DNA of 64,000 nucleotides, taken from assembly GCA_964016885.1 (NCBI GenBank), contig OZ024743.1, positions 118,978,001-119,042,000 on the forward strand, in the 5' to 3' direction. The position numbers and the translations under genes are program-made. The stretch is from Eledone cirrhosa (Eukaryota). This document shows positions 61,615 through 64,000 of the stretch, piece after piece; positions within the stretch are counted from its first letter, which is position 1; each line of letters starts with the position of its first letter. Below the pieces are notes generated by a model. It saw only the letters and a list, made by a program, of their open reading frames with translations. It ran no database searches and was not told the origin of the DNA.

Positions 61615-61960
61615 TTTGTATGCCCAGACTATCACCTAGAGGTTGTAGAGAGCTTCTCTTACCCAGGTGGTGAATTTTCTGAAAGCATATCTACGTCAAT
61701 AAAAGCTGCTTGGTATAAGTCAAGTATCATCTATGCTGGCAACAAGAGAATTCTTTCTGAAAGCGAACGACACGGTTGGATGATGCTTGTGTAAAAGATT
61801 CTGCTGTATGGTAACGAGACATCGCCATTGAATCCAGAAAATGTGGCATGCATGGACGAATGCAGGTCTTCGACAAGAACACCTTGCCCCAACTTGTGCT
61901 TGGAAGGCGAACCTTCTAGGTGCGAAATCAAAGGTCACACGTGACCACCGGGGGCCTTTA
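61615..61960 (+). mobile_element. RTE/BovB-type LINE remnant joined to a 3' tail shared with SINE family 2
   Basis: LEVVESFSYPG...SISTSIKAAW..., LLYGNETSPLN-like remnants. 61850-61960 aligns with 41770-41878. Confidence 0.65.
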
Positions 61961-63138
61961 GGTTTTATATGTATAAGAGTGCGTCTAAAATTATCCGCAC
62001 TTTCACCATAATATAAATTTAGGTCTGTCACACTGCCTTCTGCTCACGCGTGCTTTTAGTTAGTGCTAATGAGTTTGATTGGGCCAGTTTTCTTGCTGAT
62101 GTACAGTAAATGTTTAAAAGTTAATGATTAATTCGAGTTATGACAACAAGGTAATTATGGATTCTCGCATATCAAGGATGTATGTAGTGCAAACATAAAC
62201 ATATGTGTACTTAAATTCACGCAAACGTACTTGACCATTTATACACATTTATACAAATCCATAACTACATAGATACAATCGTCAATAGTATTGTTTCGGG
62301 ACAGCTGTTAATATTAGAAAACTATTGGACACAGTTTTAAAATGTCATTTTTCTTTATATATTTAGGATCCTACCTCATAAATATACATTTAAACGGTCA
62401 AAGAGGTCAAGTGTAGGTCACACTTTCTGATATGTTTATGACCTTTTTTTACTCATATATTTTATTTACTTATTTCATTCAATTTTACAAGAGAGTTATG
62501 ATAGGAATCAAAGCAAAACCGGGGTAGAAATAAATATATGTATAAAAACAAATGAAAGATTAGCAGCTTGTGAAACCTGTTCTCGGAGTGATGTAGGCAC
62601 CGGTCAACTACGAGGTACCTTCAATTTTGTTGCTTAACCCCAGAAGTGATGTCTAAGTTCAAGATCGGTAAGAGGAAGGAGGGAGCATAGATTGGGTTGA
62701 TTTGGAGAGAGATATAGGGGAGTAGTGAAAAGTAGTGTGAGTTGTTTTGTTTTGACTTCCAGTATTTTGCACTTAATGAACCAATCTGCCAGTACCTATT
62801 GTAGTGGTCCCCTATAAAAGATTTTTGTTAAAACTAACCGCCAGTCACTCCTTTTTTCTCCTTCTCGTCCACACTGAGACAAATCTACTCAACCGCACTC
62901 TGTATCTTTGCATTTAAATGCTACATGAAGCGACAACTTCTCGTCTTGTAGATAACTGTCTACATACTCGTCTGGTAATGTCTGCTGTTGTTTAACTTCG
63001 AGTCAACGCATATTTATCGTGACTATCCCATCTTTTGACGGGTATGAGGAACTGCATTATCTAACATGCTCTTTCCTTATTGAATGCTGTTGGGAACAAT
63101 TTCAGTAGAGAAATTTTTTAGAGCCAAGTTCTACTAGA

Positions 63139-63172
<34 letters not shown>

Positions 63173-63299
63173 TATTTATTCGATAGCTACTCAGAGTCGG
63201 GGCTACGATCACTCTTTTAGACAATGATATAATTTATGTACACGTGTACGTGTGAAATACTTATGGTTTGATGAAATAAAGGTATTCAATAGTAATGGA

Positions 63300-63483
63300 T
63301 TATTGTTTAGGTACAAGTCCAACACATTTTGGGGAGAAGTAAGTCTATTAAATCGGCCTCAGTGCACTACTGGTGCTCTATTTTAGCTAACGTCTGCTGG
63401 GTTTGAACTCAGAAGATAAAGGTTTGTAACTGTACACCGCCAAGCATGTTGTCGGATGCTCTATCGATACTGCTAATTCACCA
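63300..63483 (-). mobile_element. SINE family 1, diverged
   Basis: ggtacaag...ctggtgctctatttt...gggtttgaactcaga...ctctatcgatactgctaattcacc. Confidence 0.78.
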
Positions 63484-64000
63484 TATAGTGGTAAAAATAA
63501 TAAACTAGAGTAACGCTCAGCTAACACATACAGTATGGTAAGATCAATAAAACAATACCCCGTTTTAAAATATGATTTTTAACAAAATACATTTGTGTTT
63601 ATTTTTGAAGGATGAGTGATTGAATTATGAAGAAAGTTTTGAAAAGTTCTGAAAATAGCAATATTAGATTGATTTTTCAATTAACATTCGAGCATAGATC
63701 TTTTTTCTACAGAGTTTGATTTTGTTGTTTTATTTTAAAGAATAATAGTATATAGATACAGATATTCAGATCATAGAGAGTTGCATTGGAATTCAAGTTC
63801 ACACGAAAGTAAAACAAACTAAAGAATATATGAAATGTATCCGTCGCAGCATAAACGAATATAACAATAGTCTATCACTAAATAATATTGAGGTCTCGTT
63901 TGTTCAAATCACATGGATATAATCATCGCACTCTTAATTTAATGTTCCTATTTATTTCCTATGTACTAAAGTTATACTGATCAGATTCAATTCACAGTTA

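Overview
AT-rich, repeat-dominated eukaryotic non-coding DNA, intronic or intergenic. The SINE families, microsatellite load and retroelement mix point to a mollusc, most likely an octopus (inference). No host protein-coding gene can be supported, and nearly all ORF-track entries (YI/CV/HT/RE/LS polymers) are microsatellite translations. Penelope-like retroelements (PLEs): one young copy with an open RT-thumb/GIY-YIG frame, about 500-bp inverted pseudo-LTRs and a minimal hammerhead ribozyme (10.07-11.99 kb), two decayed PLEs of a second clade, and solo pLTR/hammerhead relics. Other retroelements: RTE-clade and R4/Dong-like LINE fragments and more than 15 tRNA-derived SINE copies of two families. 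Repeats: several kb of degenerate (TA)n arrays. Three patterns stand out. Many elements sit in or next to (TA)n, including a family of short 'hairpin + fixed tail' elements. Several unique-sequence palindromes are centred on (TA)n. The young PLE has lost its hammerhead core in one arm and kept it in the other.
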